A DNA stretch of 64,000 bases from Spirochaetia bacterium (GCA_965226055.1 CBDDCA010000006.1:704001-768000), one strand, 5' to 3'. Counted from the stretch's first letter, positions 53,863-63,435 are shown. Numbers and translations are program-made. Notes: a model not told the origin generated them from the letters alone.

Positions 53863-54993
53863 ATGTCTAGTGAATTAAAAAGAGTGCCATTATATAATTT
53901 TCATCTCCAACAATCAGCAAAGATGGGAGCGTTTGCAGGATACTCTATGCCGTTATCCTATGCTCATGGAGCTACACAAGAGCATATACATACAAGAACA
54001 CATGTTTCTTTGTTTGATGTGTCTCATATGGGGCAAATACATATTATTGGAGATGATGTAGGAGCATTTTTAGAGTATCTGTTACCAATTTCTGTTTCCT
54101 CTATGCCTATTGCAAGTTGTAAATACACTGTTATGCTTAACGAGCAAGGCGGCATTATAGATGATGTTATTCTTACAAAGAAGGATGCGTCTCGATATCA
54201 TATAGTGATGAATGCAGCATGCCGAGAAAAAGATACTGATCATATTAAAAAAATAGCACAGGACTTTGCAGTTTCTATTCTGTTAGAAGATAATGTATTA
54301 TTGGCAATTCAAGGGCCACAGTCAGAAGAAGTGCTGTCTTTGCTTACCAAAGAAGTGTCTCAGCTTACTTTTATGCAAGGGATGCCTCTTAGTTATGAAG
54401 GAAAAGAGTTATGGATAAACAGAAGTGGCTATACAGGAGAAGATGGTTTTGAATTATCTATTGCAAGTGATCATGCCCTCTCTCTTGTGAAGAAATTATA
54501 TGAGCATACTGAATTACAGTGTGCTGGTCTTGGAGCAAGAGATAGTCTTCGTTTAGAAGCAGGGCTTCCTTTGTATGGCACTGATATGACTGAAGATATA
54601 AATCCTATTGAAGCAAACCTAAAGTTTGCTATTGCTAAAAAACGCAGAGAACAGGGAGGATTTGTTGGAGCTTCTGCTATTATGCCATTTTTTATACATG
54701 ATGATAATCGTGTTCCATTACAAGTAAAACAGCTTCGTGTAGGGGTGCGTATAGAAGAAAGAACTCTTATACGGTCAGGGGCAGAAATTTTTTCTGATGA
54801 ACATAGTGAGCATCCAATAGGATGGGTAAGTTCGGGAGCAATAACACCAAGTGTTGATTATCCCATTTGTTTTGCATATGTGCCTGTAGCATACAGTACT
54901 GTAGGTACTACATTATGGACCCAAAGAAGAGATAAGCGATATAGATGTAGTGTTACTTCATCTCCTTTTGTTCCCCATAACTATAAGCGATAA
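53863..54993 (+). CDS. gcvT: Glycine cleavage system aminomethyltransferase T
   Basis: LFDVSHMG, GGIIDD, RSGYTGEDGFE, GLGARDSLRLEAG. Confidence 0.95.
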   Translation: MSSELKRVPLYNFHLQQSAKMGAFAGYSMPLSYAHGATQEHIHTRTHVSLFDVSHMGQIHIIGDDVGAFLEYLLPISVSSMPIASCKYTVMLNEQGGIIDDVILTKKDASRYHIVMNAACREKDTDHIKKIAQDFAVSILLEDNVLLAIQGPQSEEVLSLLTKEVSQLTFMQGMPLSYEGKELWINRSGYTGEDGFELSIASDHALSLVKKLYEHTELQCAGLGARDSLRLEAGLPLYGTDMTEDINPIEANLKFAIAKKRREQGGFVGASAIMPFFIHDDNRVPLQVKQLRVGVRIEERTLIRSGAEIFSDEHSEHPIGWVSSGAITPSVDYPICFAYVPVAYSTVGTTLWTQRRDKRYRCSVTSSPFVPHNYKR

Positions 54994-55047
54994 TATTGTA
55001 TTATAAAAATAAAAATAGTATATAGTAACTGTAAAGATGAAAGGAAA

Positions 55048-55425
55048 GTGAGGATAAAAATGTATTTTACAAAAAATCATGAATGGGTGTTAATAGAGGG
55101 AACTGTTGCTACAGTAGGGATTACTTCTTATGCACAAGATAATTTAGGGGATGTTGTTTTTGTTGAATTGCCATCTATTGATAGTACAGTATCACAATCT
55201 GATGCAGTAGCAGTAGTAGAATCAGCAAAGTCTGTATCTGATGTGTATGCCCCTCTTAGTGGCACCATAGTTGAGATAAATGATACGGTGATTGAGGAGA
55301 CTTCTATTATAAATACAAGTCCCCAAAAGGATGGATGGCTCTTTAAGATTAACATTGATCAGTTGAATCAGCTCGATGAAATGATGAATGAAAGTGAATA
55401 TAATGAATATATACAGACATTATGA
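55048..55425 (+). CDS. gcvH: Glycine cleavage system H protein
   Basis: HEWV, VGITSYAQDNLGDVVFV, VESAKSVSD (lipoyl-Lys). Confidence 0.95.
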   Translation: MRIKMYFTKNHEWVLIEGTVATVGITSYAQDNLGDVVFVELPSIDSTVSQSDAVAVVESAKSVSDVYAPLSGTIVEINDTVIEETSIINTSPQKDGWLFKINIDQLNQLDEMMNESEYNEYIQTL

Positions 55426-55472
55426 GAATATGGCGATGAGTATTCTTGTTGTTTGTTTCTTTGTAAATAACT

Positions 55473-58397
55473 ATGTCAGATAAAAAAAATACTTTTGTAG
55501 ATGTAGCAGAGGAAATATCTCATTCTTTTGCAGAAAGGCATATAGGGGTACACGGTGATGATCGTAAGCACATGCTTGCGGCATTAGGGGTAGATTCTAT
55601 TGAACAGTTAATAGATCAAGTGCTTCCTGATAGCTTAAAAGATGCTACGCAGTTTGATTTTCCAAAAGCTGTATCAGAATATGCAGCACTTCAAAAATTA
55701 AAAAATATAGCTCAGAAAAATGTTGTAGTGAAATCTCTTATTGGACAGGGATATTATGATACTATTACGCCTGCTCCGATACTCCGAAATATTTTAGAGA
55801 ATCCTGGATGGTATACAGCGTATACTTCATATCAGTCTGAGATATCACAAGGTCGGCTTGAAGCACTTTTTAATTTTCAAACAATGATAAGTGATTTCAC
55901 AGGGTTATCGGTTGCAAATGCTTCATTGTTAGATGAATCTACTGCTCTTGCAGAAGCGGTGTTACTTGCATGCAGATATTCTAAAAAAGAGCGGGTTGTT
56001 GTTATAGAAGGTTTGCATGAACAGAATATGCAATTACTCTATACTCGTTTAGATAAACTGAACATACCTATTGAAATTGTATCGTTACAGGAATATGAAC
56101 AAGATACATTTCATCTAGCAGCCGATACGGCTGCTGTAGTAATGCAGTTGCCTACTACTGAGGGATTGGTATATGACATTTCTTTGTGTGTACAAAAAGC
56201 AAAGAAGCAAGAGGTTCTTTGCATAGCATCAATTGATCCATTATTGATGACTATTCTTGGTACTCCTGCACAGTGGGGAATTGATATTGTAGTGGGTTCA
56301 ACACAGCGTTTTGGGGTACCAATGGGCTATGGGGGACCACATGCTGCATTTTTAGCATGTGATGAAAAGTTCAGACGTTTGGTTCCTGGACGGCTTGTAG
56401 GACAATCGAAAGATGCTAAGGGACGTGTTGCGTATAGGCTTGCATTGCAAACAAGAGAGCAGCATATTCGTAGAGAGAAAGCAACATCAAATATATGTAC
56501 CTCCCAAGTGTTACTTGCTGTTATGGCTTCCATGTATGCAGTATATCATGGAGGAAAAGGGCTGCAACATATTACAAAGTATATTCATACATTAGCATGG
56601 TTGTTTTGGAATGTAGCAAAAAGACAAAAAAATAGTAAGGTGCTTTATGATACTTTTTTTGATACTATAACATGGTCTGTTCAAGAGAGTGCCCTTGCAC
56701 AGACACAACAGAAAGCTGCGTTACAGGCAGGGTATAACATACGATGTATAAATAAGACGACACTTTCTGTCTCATTTGATGAAGTATGTACTCTTGAGGA
56801 TGTAAAAGTTCTTTCACAAAATATATTTGATCTTTCATCGGAAGATATGAATATATTTGATATACTTTTACAAAAAAATCTTGGATCGTCAGTACCTTTG
56901 TCATTGCCAGCTCATATGTATCGAAATACTTCTTTGTTAAGTCAACCTATATTTAATGCATATCATACTGAAACAGAACTTATGCGCTATATGCGCTTTC
57001 TTATGGATAAAGATTTGGCTCTTGATAGATCTATGATACCGCTTGGTTCGTGTACTATGAAGCTGAATGCTGTATCTGAGCTTATGCCAGTTTCATGGCA
57101 AGAATTTTCTCATATGCACCCGTATGTGCCGTTAGATCAAACTGTTGGGTATCAAAATCTTATTACTCAAACAGAAAGTATGCTATGTAGCATCACTGGA
57201 TTTGATGCAGTGTCATTGCAACCAAATGCAGGAAGTCAAGGGGAATACGCAGGATTGCTTGCAATTAGTGCATATCATAGGAGTAATGGTGATATGCAAC
57301 GAAATATTTGTTTGATACCATCTTCGGCTCATGGCACTAACCCTGCAAGTGCAATTATGGTGGGAATGAAAGTAGTGGTAGTGCAGTGTGATGAGCAAGG
57401 GAATATTGATATTCAAGATTTACAAGCGAAAGCAGAGAAATATTCTGAGGTATTAGCGGCTTTGATGGTGACATATCCTTCCACCCATGGAGTATATGAA
57501 GAAAATATAAAGCATATATGTGATATTGTGCATACACATGGTGGACAAATATATATTGATGGGGCTAATCTTAATGCGCTTGTTGGCATAGTAACACTGA
57601 CTTCTTTAGGGGCAGATGCTGCACATATGAATCTTCATAAAACATTTGCTATTCCGCATGGAGGAGGAGGTCCAGGCATAGGACCTGTGGGAGTAAAGAA
57701 GCATCTTGTTCCTTTTTTGCCTGCTAATATGCTTGTACAAAAAAAGCCATATTCTGTAGGACCAGTGTCAGCTGCTCCGTGGGGATCAGCTTCAATACTT
57801 CCTATATCATGGATGTATATGACAATGATGGGAAAGGAGGGGCTACAGGAAGCAACAAAGGTTGCAGTATTAAATGCTAATTATGTGGTAAAAAGGCTGT
57901 CTAAGTATTATACTATTTTGTATACAGGAAAACACGGGAGAGTTGCACATGAGTGTATACTTGATACACGGCCTTTTAAGGAGAGTGCAAATGTTATGTC
58001 TACTGATATTGCAAAAAGGCTTATAGATTATGGGTTTCATGCTCCTACTATGTCCTGGCCTGTACAGAATACGCTTATGATAGAGCCTACAGAAAGTGAA
58101 TCGAAAGCTGAGCTGGATAGATTTTGTGATGCAATGATTAGTATTCGTGAAGAAATTCGAAACATAGAAAATGCTGTGTGGGCAAGAGATGATAATCCCC
58201 TTGTATGTGCTCCTCATTGTGCAGAAGATATATGCAGTGATAGCTGGGATCACAGTTATACAAGGCAAGAAGCAGCGTACCCGATACCTTCGCTCTACAA
58301 TAATAAGTATTGGCCTCCGCTCTCACGAGTAGACGATGCTTTTGGAGATAAAAATCTTATTTGCTCATGCCCTCCTATTGATGAGTACGAAGCATAA
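55473..58397 (+). CDS. gcvP: Glycine dehydrogenase (decarboxylating), single-chain P protein
   Basis: YQSEISQGRLEAL, REQHIRREKATSNICT, PLGSCTMK, HMNLHKTF. Confidence 0.97.
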   Translation: MSDKKNTFVDVAEEISHSFAERHIGVHGDDRKHMLAALGVDSIEQLIDQVLPDSLKDATQFDFPKAVSEYAALQKLKNIAQKNVVVKSLIGQGYYDTITPAPILRNILENPGWYTAYTSYQSEISQGRLEALFNFQTMISDFTGLSVANASLLDESTALAEAVLLACRYSKKERVVVIEGLHEQNMQLLYTRLDKLNIPIEIVSLQEYEQDTFHLAADTAAVVMQLPTTEGLVYDISLCVQKAKKQEVLCIASIDPLLMTILGTPAQWGIDIVVGSTQRFGVPMGYGGPHAAFLACDEKFRRLVPGRLVGQSKDAKGRVAYRLALQTREQHIRREKATSNICTSQVLLAVMASMYAVYHGGKGLQHITKYIHTLAWLFWNVAKRQKNSKVLYDTFFDTITWSVQESALAQTQQKAALQAGYNIRCINKTTLSVSFDEVCTLEDVKVLSQNIFDLSSEDMNIFDILLQKNLGSSVPLSLPAHMYRNTSLLSQPIFNAYHTETELMRYMRFLMDKDLALDRSMIPLGSCTMKLNAVSELMPVSWQEFSHMHPYVPLDQTVGYQNLITQTESMLCSITGFDAVSLQPNAGSQGEYAGLLAISAYHRSNGDMQRNICLIPSSAHGTNPASAIMVGMKVVVVQCDEQGNIDIQDLQAKAEKYSEVLAALMVTYPSTHGVYEENIKHICDIVHTHGGQIYIDGANLNALVGIVTLTSLGADAAHMNLHKTFAIPHGGGGPGIGPVGVKKHLVPFLPANMLVQKKPYSVGPVSAAPWGSASILPISWMYMTMMGKEGLQEATKVAVLNANYVVKRLSKYYTILYTGKHGRVAHECILDTRPFKESANVMSTDIAKRLIDYGFHAPTMSWPVQNTLMIEPTESESKAELDRFCDAMISIREEIRNIENAVWARDDNPLVCAPHCAEDICSDSWDHSYTRQEAAYPIPSLYNNKYWPPLSRVDDAFGDKNLICSCPPIDEYEA

Positions 58398-58533
58398 AAG
58401 AATACGGCAATGGATGAGGAAAGTAGAAATTTAGATGAGAGGCTTATATCGTTTTACCGTGATATATTGTCTGTATTTGAGCGATATAATATCAATGGTC
58501 ATATAGAGTGGGAAGAATAAAGAGCATCTTTAA

Positions 58534-58941
58534 TTACTCAAGCGGTGATAATTTTGTATCTTTATCTTTGTAAAACTCTTTTACTTTCTCATTTACCCAA
58601 TCACTGTGTGTCCAGTCATGTAATTTTTTGAGTGTGTACCCTACTACTGCCAAATCGTCAAGCCATCCAACAAAAGGTATTGCATCTGGTATTAAATCAA
58701 AAGGAAATACTACATACCCTAACGCTGCAATGCAAAAAATCTTGCTTGTACTGTCAATATCAGGATGTTTCATTACAAAGTATAGTCGTACAAACGGCTC
58801 ACTTACTTTTCTTGGGAGTTTTTTTACTAATTTTTCAAACTTCCCTTCATCATAGTATTTTTCATATTTTTCGTGATTTTTCTCAAAATGATCTGTATGT
58901 TCTTTTTTCTTCTCTTCTGTGTATTCTTCTTCTTTATCCAT
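58534..58941 (-). CDS. YkvA/DUF1232 family protein
   Basis: AALGYVVFPFDLIPDAIPFVGWLDD. Confidence 0.88.
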   Translation of the reverse strand: MDKEEEYTEEKKKEHTDHFEKNHEKYEKYYDEGKFEKLVKKLPRKVSEPFVRLYFVMKHPDIDSTSKIFCIAALGYVVFPFDLIPDAIPFVGWLDDLAVVGYTLKKLHDWTHSDWVNEKVKEFYKDKDTKLSPLE

Positions 58942-58947
58942 AATAGT

Positions 58948-58977
58948 ATTATACTGGATGAGCATATGTGTTGTCAA
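58948..58977 (-). promoter_or_regulatory. Sigma70 promoter of the DUF1232 gene (leaderless)
   Basis: TTGACA, 18 nt, TATAAT, 6 nt, ATG on the minus strand. Confidence 0.65.
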
Positions 58978-59011
58978 TGTTTTTTTACTTTTTGAATGAT
59001 ATTTTTGACAA

Positions 59012-59739
59012 GGGGCTGACCCATTTAATGAAAATTAGACTAACCCAGCCTCCTGTACCCAATTATACAACACTTTATACATGTTTGTGATTGGTCTATA
59101 ATTAAACCGAAATTCACATTCTTTGAGATACAGCTCAAAATGGTTTTTCGGTATTCCATTGTATCTTCTCAGATGCCTCTTTGATTGATTCCAAAAATTC
59201 TCTATTCCATTTATATGATTTTGCTTGTGTGCAAATTCCTTTGCATGATTTATGCGATAGTGTTGAAAGTCTGATACATCCAATATATTATAACTCGGAG
59301 AGGTATCTGTATAGATAATACTCTGAGGAGCTACTTTTTTCTTTATGATACTATAGAGTGTGCAAGTTGTTGTATTACTTACTGTTAGTGCATGCACCAT
59401 AGCTATTTCTTTTATATAATCCAAACACTATTGTTTTTCCTCCTGCTCCTCTGCCTCGCTTTCCTTTTTGTTTTCCTCCAAAATAACTTTCATCTATTTC
59501 TATTTCCCCTGAAAGTGCTATTTCATATTCACTGAGCTTTTCTCTTATAATACACCGTAATTTATGATACCACGATATACTTGTTTTTTTATTTATTCCT
59601 AGAAGCAATGCTGCACTTCTTGCTGGTGTTCCTGCTACATAATGTTCTATTATTCTTTTTACTATGATATGTGATAATCTTGTTTTTCTCATGCCTATTC
59701 TTTTAGAATAGCCTTTTTTCTCTTATCTGGGTCAGCCCC
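59012..59739 (-). mobile_element. IS1595-family (IS1016-like) insertion sequence, 728 bp
   Basis: Terminal IRs GGGGCTGACCCA / TGGGTCAGCCCC; 8-bp target duplication TTTGACAA at 59004-59011 and 59740-59747. Confidence 0.92.
59035..59692 (-). pseudogene. IS1595-family transposase, frameshifted near 59400
   Basis: EIDESYFGG..KGKRGRGAGGK in one frame; IYTD, HINGIENFW, YLKECEFRFN in another. Confidence 0.85.
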
Positions 59740-59740
59740 T

Positions 59741-59768
59741 TTGACAATATGTGGAAAGTCTGTATAAT
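59741..59768 (+). promoter_or_regulatory. Consensus sigma70 promoter at the head of the tandem array
   Basis: TTGACA, 16-nt spacer, TATAAT. Confidence 0.65.
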
Positions 59769-59841
59769 TAAATAGGGAGTACTGTTTACTAATTTGCTTA
59801 AATGTAATCAGCTTCTTGAATTAAATACAGAGGAGGGTTTT

Positions 59842-60390
59842 ATGAGTAAACCTAAAAAAGAGATGTTATTGTTGGCTGTGCCTCCTAATTGTGGTAAAAC
59901 ATTCACGATTAATTTGCTATATAATAAATTGAAGCAATTTAATGAAAAAGAACAAGATACTTCTAAATGGAAGTATGATAAACTAGCTCCAAAATCTAAA
60001 GAAGAGTTTCAAAACATAGAGGATAAAAAATATGAAAATCAAGATGAAGAGGGAGATATTCAAGAAACAGTAAAAATCAATGGCATAACTATTGGTTTTG
60101 CTAGTGCAAGTGATGATCCTGATCTGATTGATGCGAATATGGAGTTTTTTGAAGAAAAGAAATGTAATATTTGTATTACAGCTTGTTCTTGTGATGGAAT
60201 ATTAGGTAAAAGACAAGGAAAATATCCAACAGAGAGCATACAAAAAATATTAAAATTTGCACAAAAACATGAATACTGTATCTCACCATTTGATTTCATG
60301 GGTATGGATAAAGAGCATGATAATGATTATTGTAACAACGAAAAAGCAAGAATGATGTTTGATAGATTAAAATATCTTTTATCCGTGTAA
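59842..60390 (+). CDS. Small P-loop-like protein, array copy 1
   Basis: GAGGAGG RBS; LLLAVPPNCGKT; INGITIGFAS; CNICITACSC. Confidence 0.8.
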   Translation: MSKPKKEMLLLAVPPNCGKTFTINLLYNKLKQFNEKEQDTSKWKYDKLAPKSKEEFQNIEDKKYENQDEEGDIQETVKINGITIGFASASDDPDLIDANMEFFEEKKCNICITACSCDGILGKRQGKYPTESIQKILKFAQKHEYCISPFDFMGMDKEHDNDYCNNEKARMMFDRLKYLLSV

Positions 60391-60584
60391 AGTCTAATCA
60401 GTATCCGAGAACAGTAAAGGAAAAATAAAAAACTCCATTTTTGCAAAAATTCTGCACTATATTCTTATATCTTTGATACGGTAACACGAGACAGTGAAAG
60501 TACAGTATAATTAAATAGGAAGTATTGCTTACTAATTTGCTTAAATGTAATCAGCTTCTTGAATTAAATACAGAGGAGGGTTTT

Positions 60585-61127
60585 ATGAGTAACCCTAAAA
60601 AAGAGATGTTATTGTTGGCAGCGCGTGATAGAAGTGGGAAAACATTCACGATTAATTTGCTATATCATAAATGTATGCAATTTAAACAAGATATGTCCAT
60701 ATCAGATTATGATAAACTAGCTCCAAAATCTAAAGAAGAGTTTCAAAAAATAAAGAATGCAGAGTATAAAAATCAAGATGAAGATGGAGATATTCAAGAA
60801 ACAGTAGAAATTAATGGCATAACTATTGGTTTTGCTAGTAAAGGTGATTATCCTAATGATATTAAAAAGAATATTAAGTTTTTTAAAGAAAATGGATGTG
60901 ATATTTGTATTACAGCTTGTTCTTGCCTTGGAATAATAGGTAAAGGACGAGGAAGGAAAAAAGAGATGATACAAAAAATATGGGATTTTAAGGAAAAACA
61001 TAAATACTGTATCTCACAATTTGATTTCACAGGTGTGGAATATCATGATGATGAGTATTGTTACGACACTAACAACGAAAAAGCAAGAATGATGTTTGAT
61101 AGATTAAAATATCTTTTATCCGTGTAA
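60585..61127 (+). CDS. Small P-loop-like protein, array copy 2
   Basis: GAGGAGG RBS; LLLAARDRSGKT matches [AG]x4GK[ST]. Confidence 0.8.
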   Translation: MSNPKKEMLLLAARDRSGKTFTINLLYHKCMQFKQDMSISDYDKLAPKSKEEFQKIKNAEYKNQDEDGDIQETVEINGITIGFASKGDYPNDIKKNIKFFKENGCDICITACSCLGIIGKGRGRKKEMIQKIWDFKEKHKYCISQFDFTGVEYHDDEYCYDTNNEKARMMFDRLKYLLSV

Positions 61128-61321
61128 AGTCTAATCAGTATCCGAGAACAGTAAAGGAAAAATAAAAAACTCCATTTTTGCAAAAATTCTGCACTATATT
61201 CTTATATCTTTGATACGGTAACACGAGACAGTGAAAGTACAGTATAATTAAATAGGAAGTATTGTTTGCTAATTTGCTTAACTGTAATCAGCTTCTTGAA
61301 TTAAATACAGAGGAGGGTTTT

Positions 61322-61867
61322 ATGAGTAAACCTAAAAAAGAGATGTTATTGTTGGCTGTGCCTTCTAATTGTGGTAAAACATTCACGATTAATTTGCTAT
61401 ATAATAAATTGAAGCAATTTAATGAAAAAGAACAAGATACTTCTAAATGGAAGTATGATAAACTAGCTCCAAAATCTAAAGAAGAGTTTCAAAAAATAAA
61501 GGATGCAGAGTATGAAAATCAAGATGACTGGGGAGATATTCAAGAAACAGTAACAATCAATGGCATAACTATTGGTTTTGCTAGTGCAAGTGATGAACCT
61601 TATCTGATTGATGCGAATATGAAGTTTTTTGAAGAAAAGAAATGTGATATTTGTATTACAGCTTGTTCTTGCCTTGGAATATTAGGTACAGGACGAGGAA
61701 AGAAAAAAGAAATGATACAAAAAATAAGGGATTTTAAGGAAAAACATAAATACTGTATCTCACAATTTGATTTCATGGGTATGGATAAAGAGCATGATTT
61801 TGACTACTCTAACAACGAAAAAGCAAGAATGATGTTTGATAGATTAAAATATCTTTTATCCGTGTAA
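61322..61867 (+). CDS. Small P-loop-like protein, array copy 3
   Basis: GAGGAGG RBS; LLLAVPSNCGKT. Confidence 0.8.
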   Translation: MSKPKKEMLLLAVPSNCGKTFTINLLYNKLKQFNEKEQDTSKWKYDKLAPKSKEEFQKIKDAEYENQDDWGDIQETVTINGITIGFASASDEPYLIDANMKFFEEKKCDICITACSCLGILGTGRGKKKEMIQKIRDFKEKHKYCISQFDFMGMDKEHDFDYSNNEKARMMFDRLKYLLSV

Positions 61868-62060
61868 AGTCTAATCAGTATCCGAGAACAGTAAAGGAAA
61901 AATAAAAAACTCCATTTTTGCAAAAATTCTGCACTATATTCTTATATCTTTGATACGGTAACACGAGACAGTGAAAGTACAGTATAATTAAATAGGAAGT
62001 ATTGTTTGCTAATTTGCTTAAATGTAGTCAGCTTCTTGGATTAAATACAAATGAGGTTTT

Positions 62061-62573
62061 ATGGATAAATCTAAAAAAGAGATGTTGGTATTGGCTATGC
62101 CTCCTAAACATGGTAAAACATTCACGATTAAATTGTTATATGATAAATTAGAGCGATTTAATAGATCTGAAAAAGATATTTCTAACTTGAACTATGATAA
62201 TCTAAAACCAGAATACGGATCGGAAGAATTTCAAGAAATAAAGTATAAAAAACATGGTCGAAACAAAGAGATTCTAGAAGCAATAAAAATCAATGGCATA
62301 ACTATTGGTTTTGCTAGTGTAAGTGATACCTGGTATGAGATTAGAGATAATATGAAGTTTTTTGAAGAAAAGAAATGTAATATTTGTATTACAGCTTGTT
62401 CTTGTATGGGATTACTAAGAGATGGAAATAAACAAAAAATAATATTAGATTTTGTAAAAAAGCATAGATACGGTATTTCGATATTTAATTTTAGAGGTGT
62501 AGATGATTACTATCGTAACAACGAAAGAGCGAGAATAATGTTCGATAGATTAAAGTATCTTTTATCTGTGTAA
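62061..62573 (+). CDS. Small P-loop-like protein, array copy 4 (most divergent)
   Basis: GAGG RBS; LVLAMPPKHGKT. Confidence 0.8.
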   Translation: MDKSKKEMLVLAMPPKHGKTFTIKLLYDKLERFNRSEKDISNLNYDNLKPEYGSEEFQEIKYKKHGRNKEILEAIKINGITIGFASVSDTWYEIRDNMKFFEEKKCNICITACSCMGLLRDGNKQKIILDFVKKHRYGISIFNFRGVDDYYRNNERARIMFDRLKYLLSV

Positions 62574-62764
62574 ATTTTGATGAGAAAGCCAAACAGTAGA
62601 GGAAAAATAAAAAGCTCCATTATTGCAAAAATTTTGCAGTATATTCTTATATCTTTGATACGGCAACAAGATGGTAAAATTACAGTATAATTAAATAAGG
62701 GAGTATTGTTTATTAATTTGCTTAAATGTAATCAGCTTCTTGAGTAAATATAAAGGAAAGTTTT

Positions 62765-63304
62765 ATGAGTAAATCTAAAAAAGAGATATTATTATTGGCT
62801 GTGCCTGCTAACAGTGGTAAAACATTCACGATTAATTTGTTATATAATAAATGGATGAAATTTAAACAAGATATGTCCATATCAGATTATGATAAACTAG
62901 AACCAAAATCTAAAGAAGCGTTTCAAAAAATAAAGAATGCAGAGTATAAAAATCAAGATAAAGATGGAGATATTCAAGAAACAGTAGAAATTAATGGCAT
63001 AACTATTGGTTTTGCTAGTAAAGGTGATGAACCTGATGCTATTCGAAAGAATATTAAATTTTTTAAAGAAAATAAATGTGGTATTTGTATTACAGCTTGT
63101 TCTTGTGATGGAATATTAGATAAAAGACAAGGGAAAGATACAAAAGAGCGTGTACAAAAAATATTAGATTTTGAAGAAAAACACAAATACTGTATCTCAA
63201 CATTTGATTTCATGAGTGTGGATGAAGAGCATGACAATGACTACTGTAACAATGAAAAAGCAAGAATGATGTTTGATAGATTAAAGTATCTTTTGTCCGT
63301 GTAA
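62765..63304 (+). CDS. Small P-loop-like protein, array copy 5
   Basis: AAGGA RBS; LLLAVPANSGKT. Confidence 0.8.
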   Translation: MSKSKKEILLLAVPANSGKTFTINLLYNKWMKFKQDMSISDYDKLEPKSKEAFQKIKNAEYKNQDKDGDIQETVEINGITIGFASKGDEPDAIRKNIKFFKENKCGICITACSCDGILDKRQGKDTKERVQKILDFEEKHKYCISTFDFMSVDEEHDNDYCNNEKARMMFDRLKYLLSV

Positions 63305-63435
63305 ATTTTGATAAGAAAGCCAAACAGTAAGAGGAAAAATAAAAAATTCCATAGTTTAAATATATTTGCACTATAGTATTGTATGCTTATATAGACAACG
63401 AGATAGTAAAACTCCAAAAAAATCCTTATTTTTGC

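Larger units (their letters stand above)
59755..63410 (+). repeat. Tandem array of five ~704-743-bp gene-plus-spacer units
   Basis: ATG-to-ATG periods 743, 737, 739, 704 bp; spacers of 194, 194, 193, 191 bp. Confidence 0.95.

Noticed and set aside
59375-59424. Programmed frameshift in the IS1595 transposase
   Set aside because: This family normally encodes one ORF, and the junction is explained by a single extra base; treated as a pseudogene.
59794-61321. Upstream TTG starts given by the ORF track for array copies 1-3
   Set aside because: A GAGGAGG RBS precedes the internal ATGs, which align with the starts of copies 4 and 5.
60391-62764. Integron attC sites or CRISPR repeats as the spacers
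   Set aside because: No RYYYAAC...GTTRRRY ends, no integrase or cas genes; the cassettes are paralogs of one gene and the repeats are ~194 bp.
59755-63410. Diversity-generating retroelement explanation for the array
   Set aside because: No reverse transcriptase in the window; differences include non-adenine changes (CCT>TCT) and indels, and all copies are full genes.
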